A stretch of DNA of 64,000 bases from contig OZ219753.1 in NCBI GenBank assembly GCA_964291315.2, positions 3,040,001-3,104,000 of the forward strand, in the 5' to 3' direction. This DNA is from Candidatus Poribacteria bacterium (GTDB taxonomy: Bacteria; Poribacteria; WGA-4E; WGA-3G). Position numbers and translations under genes: made by a program. Shown here one piece after another: positions 40,810 through 49,213 of the stretch (the stretch's first letter is position 1; every line of letters begins with the position of its first letter). A model generated the notes under the pieces. The model searched no databases. It saw only the letters and a program-made list of their open reading frames with translations, and was not told the DNA's origin.

Positions 40810-40824
40810 ACAAAAGAAAACGGG

Positions 40825-40938
40825 TTAATTGCAATTGTTTGTGCAACTGTAAGAATGGCAAGAAGAATAAGACTGAATCGTTGGAGACGCACCCAAGCGC
40901 AGGGCGGGCATCCGTTGTAGCGCTAAAACGCGCTTCAT
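40825..40938 (-). CDS. lanA: Lanthipeptide precursor A2, MKRVLALQRMPALRLGASPTIQSYSSCHSYSCTNNCN (37 aa; not in ORF track)
   Basis: Hand translation; same length, leader and Cys spacing as A1; 194-bp tandem unit; no obvious RBS. Confidence 0.85.
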   Translation of the reverse strand: MKRVLALQRMPALRLGASPTIQSYSSCHSYSCTNNCN

Positions 40939-41437
40939 AAGAAAAATATAGTGAGCAATTTACCTAAGAAGGCAAAAAGAGAAAGTACCTTGCCTCCTGT
41001 GGCAATCCTCTGGTTATTAGATGGTTAACACTGCTATGCTACCGTCATGGCAACACAGCGTGCATAGGTGCAGAAATCACCTTTGGCGCACATCACAGAA
41101 AAGCTCGATCTCGGTACACATCCGAAACATCCAAGGGAAAACCGTCCCCTTTTTTCGGTGATGTATCGTTTCCAAGACCGCATCAAGCACCTGACTGTCG
41201 CTTTTCTCATGGAGTTCTTTCCATTCGGGACGTTCCGCCCGGTCGGAAAAGGTCGGGCAGGTGACACTGAAACGTTCACCAATCTCATCATACCGAACCT
41301 ATTGAAACATAAACTGACATTGTAAAAAACGACCATATTAACACTGTGCATTGAAATATTTTCCGTGTAAAGCCAAATTATACCGGAAAGGCATCTTTTC
41401 GTAAAGAAAAAAGGTGATTTCCATTCAATACATTATA

Positions 41438-41466
41438 ATTATACACTCTTTCGAGCCTTATGTCAA
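41438..41466 (-). promoter_or_regulatory. Consensus sigma70 promoter facing the lanthipeptide operon
   Basis: TTGACA-17-TATAAT, about 500 nt upstream of A2. Confidence 0.65.
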
Positions 41467-41532
41467 GAAAAAATTAGATCGTTCGGTAGAGCTACTCGAT
41501 TGTCGCGTATAGTCTTTTGACAAAAATAAAGA

Positions 41533-41643
41533 CCCTGCCCCCAACTCCGCCTGGGTAAACACAAGCAATACCCAAACAACAATATCCGGGGCCGATCTGA
41601 AAACTCTTGAAAAGAGCCATCAGATTTTACTGCGGCGTGCATA
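41533..41643 (-). pseudogene. Degenerate copy of the lanKC-stop/ABC-start junction (37681-37819)
   Basis: Shared CACAAGCAATACCCAAACAACAA, GATCTGA...CTTGAAAAGAGCCA and TACTGCGG.GTGCATA, with internal deletions. Confidence 0.7.
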
Positions 41644-41797
41644 AAACGTTTCTGTATGTTTGAGAGAAGCGTGTTTGTGGCAACGGTGTGCACGTTTTAA
41701 AGGCGATAGTGCTGTAAAACCGTCGTCTATGCGCCACAGTGCCTTTGCCCGATTTTATCTCTCAAACGGATGTGCAGCAGTGTGTCCGTGAGGCGAC

Positions 41798-42220
41798 TTA
41801 TGGTGCAGACGGCTCCAACCGTTTTGCGATGCTAAGGAATAAGGTAGGGGCTAGCTGTCCGACTACCTCGATTCCTTTTTCATTTCGGGCATGTGCGATG
41901 TCCAAGGACACAGTGCTTTCCTGCAAGCTCAGCGAAACGCGATGTGTGCCGATGTGTCGCGTGGTTCCTGCAGCCTGTTCGGTTAGCCACGGTGTCGCGG
42001 CCGCTATTGCTTCAACGAAGGGACCGATTTTGATTTGAAGTAAGGTAGTCGGCTGTGCATCTATCAAGCCGAGTTGTGCCTGCCAATCCTCTGTATCTGT
42101 GTGCGTTTCGTTTAACACCTGGTCCACCATTTTTTGGAATTGCTGCTGAGAAAACGTTAGCAGAAAGAAATCGTTGATGTTTCCATAATAGAGGTGGCCG
42201 GGAATCGAGTCTGTATTCAT
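41798..42220 (-). CDS. Hypothetical protein
   Basis: 140-aa ORF from MNTDSIP with globular composition; start uncertain. Confidence 0.45.
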   Translation of the reverse strand: MNTDSIPGHLYYGNINDFFLLTFSQQQFQKMVDQVLNETHTDTEDWQAQLGLIDAQPTTLLQIKIGPFVEAIAAATPWLTEQAAGTTRHIGTHRVSLSLQESTVSLDIAHARNEKGIEVVGQLAPTLFLSIAKRLEPSAP

Positions 42221-42557
42221 AGTTATGCCTTTATAATCTGCTTGTTGTCTGTGTTCGGGCATAGCGGTTTTTTTTTCAAGAGCAAGTGAGCTATCTCGTG
42301 CAGAATCGCAGGTTGTTCGGGCAGCCCACAAACAGCGCGAAGCGGGGCATGCTTTGAGATAAAAGTGTATAAACATTTAAATAATTTTCCACATTACTAT
42401 AGTATATTTCTAAAACATAAACTTTTTCGCATACCTTATAGATACTTAAAACCGGCTAAAGGGTAGTGAAAAATCTAAGGTTTCACAATCGCCTCAGTGT
42501 TTCTATGGAAATCAATATTTCAAGCCGCCTGCTCATCTCGCTCCTCATTTCTTTTTA

Positions 42558-42642
42558 TAAAAGGGAAACCCTCTTAAAACCTACTTAGAGACACCTATTT
42601 TTAGGCGTACGACACGAATTAAGCACACCACATCTCAGCATA
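42558..42642 (-). pseudogene. Degenerate copy of ABC exporter 3' end and downstream spacer (34231-34318)
   Basis: Shared CCCTCTTAAAACCTACTTAG, TTAGGCGTAC and CCACATCTCAGCATA. Confidence 0.7.
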
Positions 42643-42663
42643 CGTGCCCAGAGCCTGTCAGTT

Positions 42664-42687
42664 GTAGCATAGACTGTCAGTCTGTGC
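42664..42687 (+). repeat. GTAG-type REP-like palindrome, copy 3
   Basis: GTAGCATAGACTGTCAGTCTGTGC followed by a partial second copy, GTTGTAGCATA. Confidence 0.6.
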
Positions 42688-43272
42688 AGTGTTGTAGCAT
42701 ATGCTGTTGGTTTCCTGTGCCACTTCGGTACTTCTCACCCAACCTGTTAGGCTACCTAAGAACCCTCTTTATCCAAAGATGAGCCAAATAATTATCAAAC
42801 TCGCGTTAAGACCCCTCATGAAACAGCGTCAATACCGCTCTCTTCCGAAAAATAGTGGACTTGATGACTGCACGTCCCACAAGCAGTGAACGAGTATAGA
42901 GCGAACACATTTCCTTGTGATCGCTCAAGCAGGATATCCCGTTCGCCAACCATAGAAACAGGCTTGTGCCACAGTTTTCTCCAAGCCTGTGTTGTTGCCT
43001 TAAAGGGGATCTGTTTTGGAATAAATTGCTTACTGTATATTAAGTGTAAGGGGGGGGTTAGGAAGCGATAAAAAGCAAGACGAACGAACAGCAGCGCAGA
43101 TAGGATCCACACCGCACAAGGCAAATATTGCCACAGAACCTGACGTTCCGAGTAAGGGCTTAACCGCTAAAGCTTTCAGGCATTTCATGAGTAGATACAT
43201 CAATACCGATAGGCTTAACAGAACCTATCAATGTTACCTTAGGAATTACTTTCTTTCATACTTTCTATTTTA

Positions 43273-43302
43273 ATTATACATTACACTATCAAGTTATGTC
43301 AA
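43273..43302 (-). promoter_or_regulatory. Sigma70-like promoter with no long ORF downstream
   Basis: TTGACA-18-TATAAT. Confidence 0.5.
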
Positions 43303-43603
43303 GAACTTTTTTCACCTATCCAGAGCCATTCAATCCTCGTTCATATTTTTTTCATGATATTGAGAGCTCTGCATGGGTTCGCTGCGAAGCTAGGTGCGTA
43401 GGGTAGAGTGTGGGGTGCGTCTCCTCCGCAGGGATCTCTTTTAACACCGTTCCTTGAAACCGACGGCGATCCCACTCCGCATAAAGCCAAAACGCGGCAA
43501 ACATCAGGAGGGTCAAAAGGATCGGGACAACTATCCCTTTTAGGTTCGTTATTTTTACTTTACGTTTCTCCTTTTTACGTTAATCAGAATGAATTGAAGA
43601 CAC

Positions 43604-44500
43604 TCATTTATCTCCCGGTTTCATGTTAAAGACAACTTTTTCGGTCTCAAGTATCCCTTGCTGCTCGAAAATTTTTGCAGTGAATTTCATTTGTTTCAGG
43701 ACACTTTCAAAATTGGCAATTTCTTTGGCATGCTTTTCAGGGTTAATGTCTTTCAACATCTGCGTTTGTAATTCACAATATTGAATCATCTCTAGAATCG
43801 TGACCTCCTTCTGAAGTGAAAAGCGGAAGAAGAGGGCTTTCCATTCTTCCGTGCGCGGGTGTCCGTGAAATGCAAGTGTAGCAAACGCATCAAGTTCCGT
43901 GCGTGCGGCATCTACATCATGCGGGAGGCGTTCATGAAAGTTCACGTAATGTTGGTGGGCGGTTGTTTCCGATGCCGCTGGGGAGGTCCCCCTTTCTGAT
44001 GTGCCTGCTTTTCCGTCAGAATCTGTGGATTTCGGTGCTCGAAGTGGATCGTCCCCCGCTGATGTGAGGGTTTCAGCGTGTTTGAGGGCTTCTCGGTGGT
44101 ATTGTATCGGCACTGCATGTTTATCGGCATCAATCGCTGTCAGCATCCGGATTTCGAGTTCATGGATCCGTTGGATGTCCGAGGGATGCTCTGTCCCGTC
44201 TCGCAGGACTCGGAAGTAGAGCGGGATCCATTCCTCAACGAGGGTATGTCCGTCAAACAGAGTGGGGGCAACCCTCTGGAGCTCTGTGCGTGCGGCATCC
44301 GCATCCGTTTTGAGGAGTTGATGAAATGTTCTCAGTTCTGCTGTCCAAGGGGAGGGATTGACTTCCAGGGTAGCCCCTTTCTGTGCATATACAGACAGGA
44401 GCCCGATACAGCAAAACAGGAGTGTGTATAAGAGTGACGTTTTCAGCCGTCTTCCGTTTTCAAAGACGGCTAACGTCTGCGCGTGAATAAAGGTCAACAT
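43604..44500 (-). CDS. Secreted hypothetical protein with two internal helical repeats (family C)
   Basis: Signal-like segment; repeat FH..L..D.DAARTEL...A...F.GH...EEW..L.FR...ML..I...KHA occurs twice; paralog of 60817-61674. Confidence 0.8.
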   Translation of the reverse strand: MLTFIHAQTLAVFENGRRLKTSLLYTLLFCCIGLLSVYAQKGATLEVNPSPWTAELRTFHQLLKTDADAARTELQRVAPTLFDGHTLVEEWIPLYFRVLRDGTEHPSDIQRIHELEIRMLTAIDADKHAVPIQYHREALKHAETLTSAGDDPLRAPKSTDSDGKAGTSERGTSPAASETTAHQHYVNFHERLPHDVDAARTELDAFATLAFHGHPRTEEWKALFFRFSLQKEVTILEMIQYCELQTQMLKDINPEKHAKEIANFESVLKQMKFTAKIFEQQGILETEKVVFNMKPGDK

Positions 44501-44827
44501 CTATAACCTCCAAAAATTTTTAACAGTCTAAGTTTTATTCTATATTTATCGCCGGAGAGCTTTCGGACGGCAAAAAGGCTCGGCGTTTTGTCGTCTCTGC
44601 AATCCTCTATCTATTTATCGTACATCCATTTGACGCGGCAATAAGACCGCGGCCAGTGTCCGTTTCCAGCAATTAAAATTAAAAAATATCCCCGTCCTAG
44701 CGATGCAGGACCTCCCGGAGCGGAAACGCTTACATCTGAACATATTCTTTTCTATTCCGTTTGTTGCATGTGATGTGTCTCTGTTTTTCTCTGTATTCAT
44801 GGCATTTTGGTGCCTGGGATTTCTCCG

Positions 44828-45952
44828 TTATTGACTCGGCTGTTTCAACTCACGATAGGGGCGTAACTTGCCAGCGTCGTAGTCAAAAACGAGGGTGTCT
44901 TCGGGAACGTCTAATTGGAATTGGTTAGAGATATCAACATTGACTTCAAAAGAGACGGCTTGAAGGGTCGTCTTCCCAATGAGCTCGCCTTTCTGATGAG
45001 TGGTTTGCTCAATGTTTTCCGGGAACCAGACACCCGGTAGATATTCTCTATAGTGTATATGGCGCTCCGTAATATAGTGATCCCCCTTTTTGAAAGGGAG
45101 CGACTCGATCGCCTCCTGAGACTCGAGGATTTCTTGTAGTTTCACCAAGCGGAAACCTCTCTCTGCGGAGATCCAGAGTTTTAGACTTTTTACATGTGGA
45201 TGCTTTATACGAACGAGGTATGTCTCTTCACCGTTGAGCATTTCTGTTTGCAGGGGTCCGGTTTCATTATCTTCAAGGACTTTCCAGAGAGGCGTCAGGA
45301 GGTAGCTGCTTGGGGTTGCCGATCCGTAGGTCATCCAGTATCTCGGATCTAAATGTGCGTGTATCACACATTCCGGGCCGACCGTATACGCAAGGTGCGT
45401 CTCATAAAAAGCGAAGTATTCCTCTGTATAGTAGATGTAATGGCTGGCACCCGTTAGATTATCAATCATTTTGGAATAGCTCCCTTCGTCTACTTCAATG
45501 CGAAAACCGGCAGAGAAGTGGATACCTCTTTCTTTAAGCGCTTGTCTGACCGGAGGAGGCAGTTCCGGAGCCGCTGTGTTGAGACGTTCGAAGTCGGTGG
45601 GTGAGATATCTACACTAAAGAGTTCAACCTTGCGTTCAGAGACCTCCCATTGTCTTTCTCCATCATAAATCTCCGATAAAATCCTGCTGTTGGAAGAGTC
45701 GACTCTGACTTGTGCGTCTTCAAAGGTTGCACCATCAAAAGCGAAATCGTATTCTCGTTTCTCTTCTATCGCTCCGAGAGCGTGGTTATAGAGAAACGTG
45801 CCGCGTCCAGAAGTTGCTGCGGCATCAAAATGCTTGATGCCTGCGATGAGCGTTTGTAAGTCAAGATTCGGTGCTGCCGCTGCAATAGATATATGGAACG
45901 TTCCTATCAAGCAGAGCCGCAAAAGAAATGAGAGGAAGACTCTTTTTTTCAT
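44828..45952 (-). CDS. Secreted hypothetical protein (LolA-like fold suspected)
   Basis: AAGGAG RBS, signal peptide, E.LNGEETYLV...KLWIS.ERGF, GVWFP, VN.DI...F.LD.P motifs. Confidence 0.7.
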   Translation of the reverse strand: MKKRVFLSFLLRLCLIGTFHISIAAAAPNLDLQTLIAGIKHFDAAATSGRGTFLYNHALGAIEEKREYDFAFDGATFEDAQVRVDSSNSRILSEIYDGERQWEVSERKVELFSVDISPTDFERLNTAAPELPPPVRQALKERGIHFSAGFRIEVDEGSYSKMIDNLTGASHYIYYTEEYFAFYETHLAYTVGPECVIHAHLDPRYWMTYGSATPSSYLLTPLWKVLEDNETGPLQTEMLNGEETYLVRIKHPHVKSLKLWISAERGFRLVKLQEILESQEAIESLPFKKGDHYITERHIHYREYLPGVWFPENIEQTTHQKGELIGKTTLQAVSFEVNVDISNQFQLDVPEDTLVFDYDAGKLRPYRELKQPSQ

Positions 45953-45995
45953 TTCAAACTCCTTGTTGAAATGCGGGGGCACCTTGGAGACCACG

Positions 45996-46658
45996 TTATC
46001 TCACGCCTTCTATGATGCCCATGTGGTTTAGTTCTAAGAGGTCATAAAATTCTCCGCCGGGCTGAAAGGGAGAAAAATCACCGTGTGAATAGGTAATATA
46101 GTCAGTTCCCAAATCAAAGATAGTCCTTCGAAGTTTAAGGGTTTCCTCGAAGATGTCGTCTCTGAGGCGCCACAGTTCTGGCGGCCCCCCATTAGATGGA
46201 GCGAGTTCATCAACAAGTTCCAGCAGGTCCAGACGTTCTAGCAGCAGTTGTGGGATTTCGACCCGGATCTCTGCCAGTCTTTCAGGCCAGTCGGCTTCTT
46301 CCTCGGGTACTGCAGTGGGGTCACTGGCGAGATGAGGGCCCGTTGGAGTGTCTACATTTGTGGGGGGCAGTTCGTGCTGCGTGTATCTGTCTGTGGTCTC
46401 CGTTTCGGTGTCCTGTGAAAAATCGCTATGTCCCCCATCGACAGGCGTGTCGGCTTCCGCGGACGCGCTGTCGGCCCTTAAGGGGGGCGCTGGTGCCTTC
46501 GGTGTGCGGCGTGGCTGGAACTCTACGGCTTTATACACCATTATCACGGCTTGTGGTTGATTCGCGCGGTGAACCACAACACCGAGAAATATCACTGCAC
46601 AAAAGATTAATATTGAGCATATCCAGAAACGCTTTGATTTTAGTAGTACCATCATCAA
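45996..46658 (-). CDS. Single-TM hypothetical protein with acidic/Pro-rich linker
   Basis: N-terminal TM helix, low-complexity linker, helical C-terminal domain. Confidence 0.7.
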   Translation of the reverse strand: MMMVLLKSKRFWICSILIFCAVIFLGVVVHRANQPQAVIMVYKAVEFQPRRTPKAPAPPLRADSASAEADTPVDGGHSDFSQDTETETTDRYTQHELPPTNVDTPTGPHLASDPTAVPEEEADWPERLAEIRVEIPQLLLERLDLLELVDELAPSNGGPPELWRLRDDIFEETLKLRRTIFDLGTDYITYSHGDFSPFQPGGEFYDLLELNHMGIIEGVR

Positions 46659-46713
46659 CCCCTTTTAATTTTGTGTACCTGTTCTATCTGTGGGTGCCGC
46701 GCGGCAAAATGTT

Positions 46714-48081
46714 TCATTTCTGCGGAGCTCCCGACACCGCTAACACGCACGCGTAGTGTTGCCCCATCGCTATGCTTATCGGGCGACTCGGCTGAAGCGG
46801 GGTGACAGATAAAAGTTTACTTCTCTCTCCATTCTGCCTACGGATATCCTCTATGCCCAAAACGTGATGAATAGCGAGGAACCCTTTTTCGCTGACGACG
46901 CAAAGCTGATCGTCTGAAATTTGAAAGTCCGCGACAGGGCCCATGAACCCTTTTGCGTCGATATCTATTGTCTCACTTGAGGGCTCTTCGGGGATTTGCT
47001 GCATCTCTCCGAGTTCGCCAATGCGGTATGCAACTGTCGGCTTTCGGCGCGTGAGAGGCTTTTCACCTGTTGTCGCCAGATGCTCTCGCGAGTCCCTATC
47101 CACGTTGTAATTGAGTGTTCCCCCTACTCTTATTTTTACATCACTAATTCTACCGGCATCGTAAATCAGTATATCCCAGGTCGGGTCCCTGAGAGCCTCT
47201 ATTACTAGAAATTCTGACGAGGCGCGGACCCTTTCCGATCTGCTGCTCAGGAGTTGTAAAAACCCTCGTTGAAACAAGAGCGGGTCCCAAATACCTTCGG
47301 GGCTAAGATCTGATGAGGTAGAGAGGGGGATTTGTTCTATCTCCAGACCGCCTGTTTTGGGGCTTAGCAACCACCACCTTTTTTCTAATGCAACGGCTTT
47401 GACGAGTCGCGCATGTCCGAAATTTATGGAAAAAACGTAGAGGTGGTCATTCGCACTCATTACGTAGAGGTGAGATTCCCTAACATCAACGTCCGTGAGG
47501 GTGTTCTGATCTGGTAAATGGACGGTAGATTCAACCCTGGGGCGTGATGGCTGCGAAACATCGACAAGCTGAAGCGTATTTCTCGTTGTGACAACGAGAT
47601 GGTCTCCAGCAGAAAGTACCTTGCCTAGGTCATCCGCAAAAGCAAGCGATGCCAAATAAACCGGACGCTGCGGGATAGAAAGATCTATAACGTGCAAATG
47701 TCTTTCGGTCGTGAGATACGCGTGTTTTTCCGCCAGGACGACGGTGTTACCTGAATTGACACGAAAGGGCAGTCGGATAGAAGCAGCGAGGGTCGGATAT
47801 TCTGGATCCTCTGTCTCTACCACTGTGAAGAGGGTCTCTTTGGGGCTTGCGGAGGCAACCGGCATTGGGGGTTGAACATCCGCTTTCATGCTGCACCCAA
47901 GGTTCACAAGTGCCAAGAGCATTACACTCAGAAAAGCAAAAACGGTGGGGGGGGAAAACGTTTTCATCACGTCTTTTGCGGCATGCCCGTTTTTTGACAT
48001 CGTAGAATCACTACGGTTCAGGTAAAGGCCGAGGCCGACTATACAGACCAATGAAATGAAAATAGCAAAAATGGATATCAT
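46714..48081 (-). CDS. LVIVD-repeat-like (beta-propeller) lipoprotein
   Basis: LHVIDLSIPQRP and LQLVDVSQPSRP repeats; internal lipobox VNLGC suggests a later start (MKTFSPP). Confidence 0.65.
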   Translation of the reverse strand: MISIFAIFISLVCIVGLGLYLNRSDSTMSKNGHAAKDVMKTFSPPTVFAFLSVMLLALVNLGCSMKADVQPPMPVASASPKETLFTVVETEDPEYPTLAASIRLPFRVNSGNTVVLAEKHAYLTTERHLHVIDLSIPQRPVYLASLAFADDLGKVLSAGDHLVVTTRNTLQLVDVSQPSRPRVESTVHLPDQNTLTDVDVRESHLYVMSANDHLYVFSINFGHARLVKAVALEKRWWLLSPKTGGLEIEQIPLSTSSDLSPEGIWDPLLFQRGFLQLLSSRSERVRASSEFLVIEALRDPTWDILIYDAGRISDVKIRVGGTLNYNVDRDSREHLATTGEKPLTRRKPTVAYRIGELGEMQQIPEEPSSETIDIDAKGFMGPVADFQISDDQLCVVSEKGFLAIHHVLGIEDIRRQNGERSKLLSVTPLQPSRPISIAMGQHYACVLAVSGAPQK

Positions 48082-48836
48082 CAGTAACCACCTCCAATTT
48101 TGACGTTACTTCTGTAGAAAAATTCTTCCCCGGATTCTAGGGAATGTTGTTTGGCTTCTCGGAGCATCTCAAGATTCGCTTGGATTCCCACTACGGCACC
48201 GTCTCCGAATTGAGAGAATTGAGAGAAGAGTCTTATCTCTGCTTCCATGTATCTAATTGCCGTATCCACGGGTACGGGTCCCTTATTGTAGCTTCGGATG
48301 CTTTCAACGAGAATGTCAACATCGGGGGAATCACCGAATTGTTCGCGGAACGCATCGTCAAGCCGCTGGTAAGCATATTCGGGATTAGTGGAGAGATAAG
48401 AGTTGTAATCCTCGAATCCTGCCTTGACTCGCTCTATGTCATAAGGAACTTTAGGAAAATCTGCAGCGTTTTCATCAGGCCCCTCCGTTTTGTGGCTATC
48501 CGGTGCGTCTCCATATGTAATTGTTTTTTCGGTGAACGGCTGCGCTTCATCAAGGAACAAGTCTGCCTCCGCATCGGCTGTGGTGCTCTCTTTTTCCGGT
48601 GTAGGTGCCGCGGGGACTATAGCGGTTGCCTTCTGTGTGCTGCTGCCCTCGACAACTTCTCCGGAGCGGGGGTTTTTCTCAAGTTCTTCCGCCTGCAGTT
48701 CGTCGGGTCCGTGAGGACGAGTTGGCAGCGATCCCGTAAACTGTTTCATATCCCACTCGACGTAGAACCAAAGTCCTATACAAATCATAACAATCACACC
48801 ACCGACAAGGACGAACGGTTTCCTGAGTTTCATCAC
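48081..48836 (-). CDS. Single-TM hypothetical protein (family D)
   Basis: Paralog of 61711-62463: PYD.E.VKAGF.DYN.YL...PEYAYQRLDDAFREQ.GD.PDVDILVE. Confidence 0.8.
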   Translation of the reverse strand: MMKLRKPFVLVGGVIVMICIGLWFYVEWDMKQFTGSLPTRPHGPDELQAEELEKNPRSGEVVEGSSTQKATAIVPAAPTPEKESTTADAEADLFLDEAQPFTEKTITYGDAPDSHKTEGPDENAADFPKVPYDIERVKAGFEDYNSYLSTNPEYAYQRLDDAFREQFGDSPDVDILVESIRSYNKGPVPVDTAIRYMEAEIRLFSQFSQFGDGAVVGIQANLEMLREAKQHSLESGEEFFYRSNVKIGGGY

Positions 48837-48914
48837 TTACTCCTTCGATTGGGGCTCAACCTCATTTTTCCCTATGCGGATTTCGAGTTCGGAGACTCGT
48901 TTTACATATCCTAT

Positions 48915-48955
48915 TATTTAATACATACATGTCAGCTCAAAAAACTTAGATTTTT
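48915..48955 (-). promoter_or_regulatory. Repeated promoter-like motif (variant)
   Basis: AAAAATCTAAGTTTTTTGAGCTGACATGTATGTATTAAATA aligns without gaps to 62544-62584. Confidence 0.55.
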
Positions 48956-49213
48956 CCGTTCGCGAGCCCGTGCTATCTAGTTATAACGTGAGTTTGATAA
49001 ATAACTCCCTATTTTCGTTGTATAAAGAGAACACCGTTTGGTCTAATTCCGGGGTATTGTATCACCCTTCGGCAAAATAGACAACTCTTTTCTTTTTATA
49101 CACTCATAATATATTGGAGTTATCAGCGTTTCGTCAGGAGCTCCTATTGACGTTTGGCATGAGTTTGAAAAGAGAGATCAAAACCATGAGATCAGAGGCT
49201 TTCGTGTGCGTAT

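Noticed and set aside
40631-40861. 76-aa ORF-track version of the precursor and the antisense 40635-40940 ORF
   Set aside because: The true start is ATG 40744, which has an AAGGAG RBS and aligns with A2. The extension runs through the hairpin and A2 out of frame, and the plus-strand ORF is a shadow.
40577-40945. Direct repeats with unique-looking intervening sequence, as a possible CRISPR array
   Set aside because: Only two units with a 194-bp period, the intervening sequences are homologous precursor genes, and there are no cas genes.
41034-41351. Overlapping ORFs 41034-41351(-) and 41068-41325(+)
   Set aside because: No RBS or family motifs, and the composition is atypical; not called as genes.
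48144-48980. Long antisense ORFs (this 278-aa one, also 2213-2842, 9812-10498, 5066-5656)
   Set aside because: They lie opposite well-supported genes and are shadow frames.
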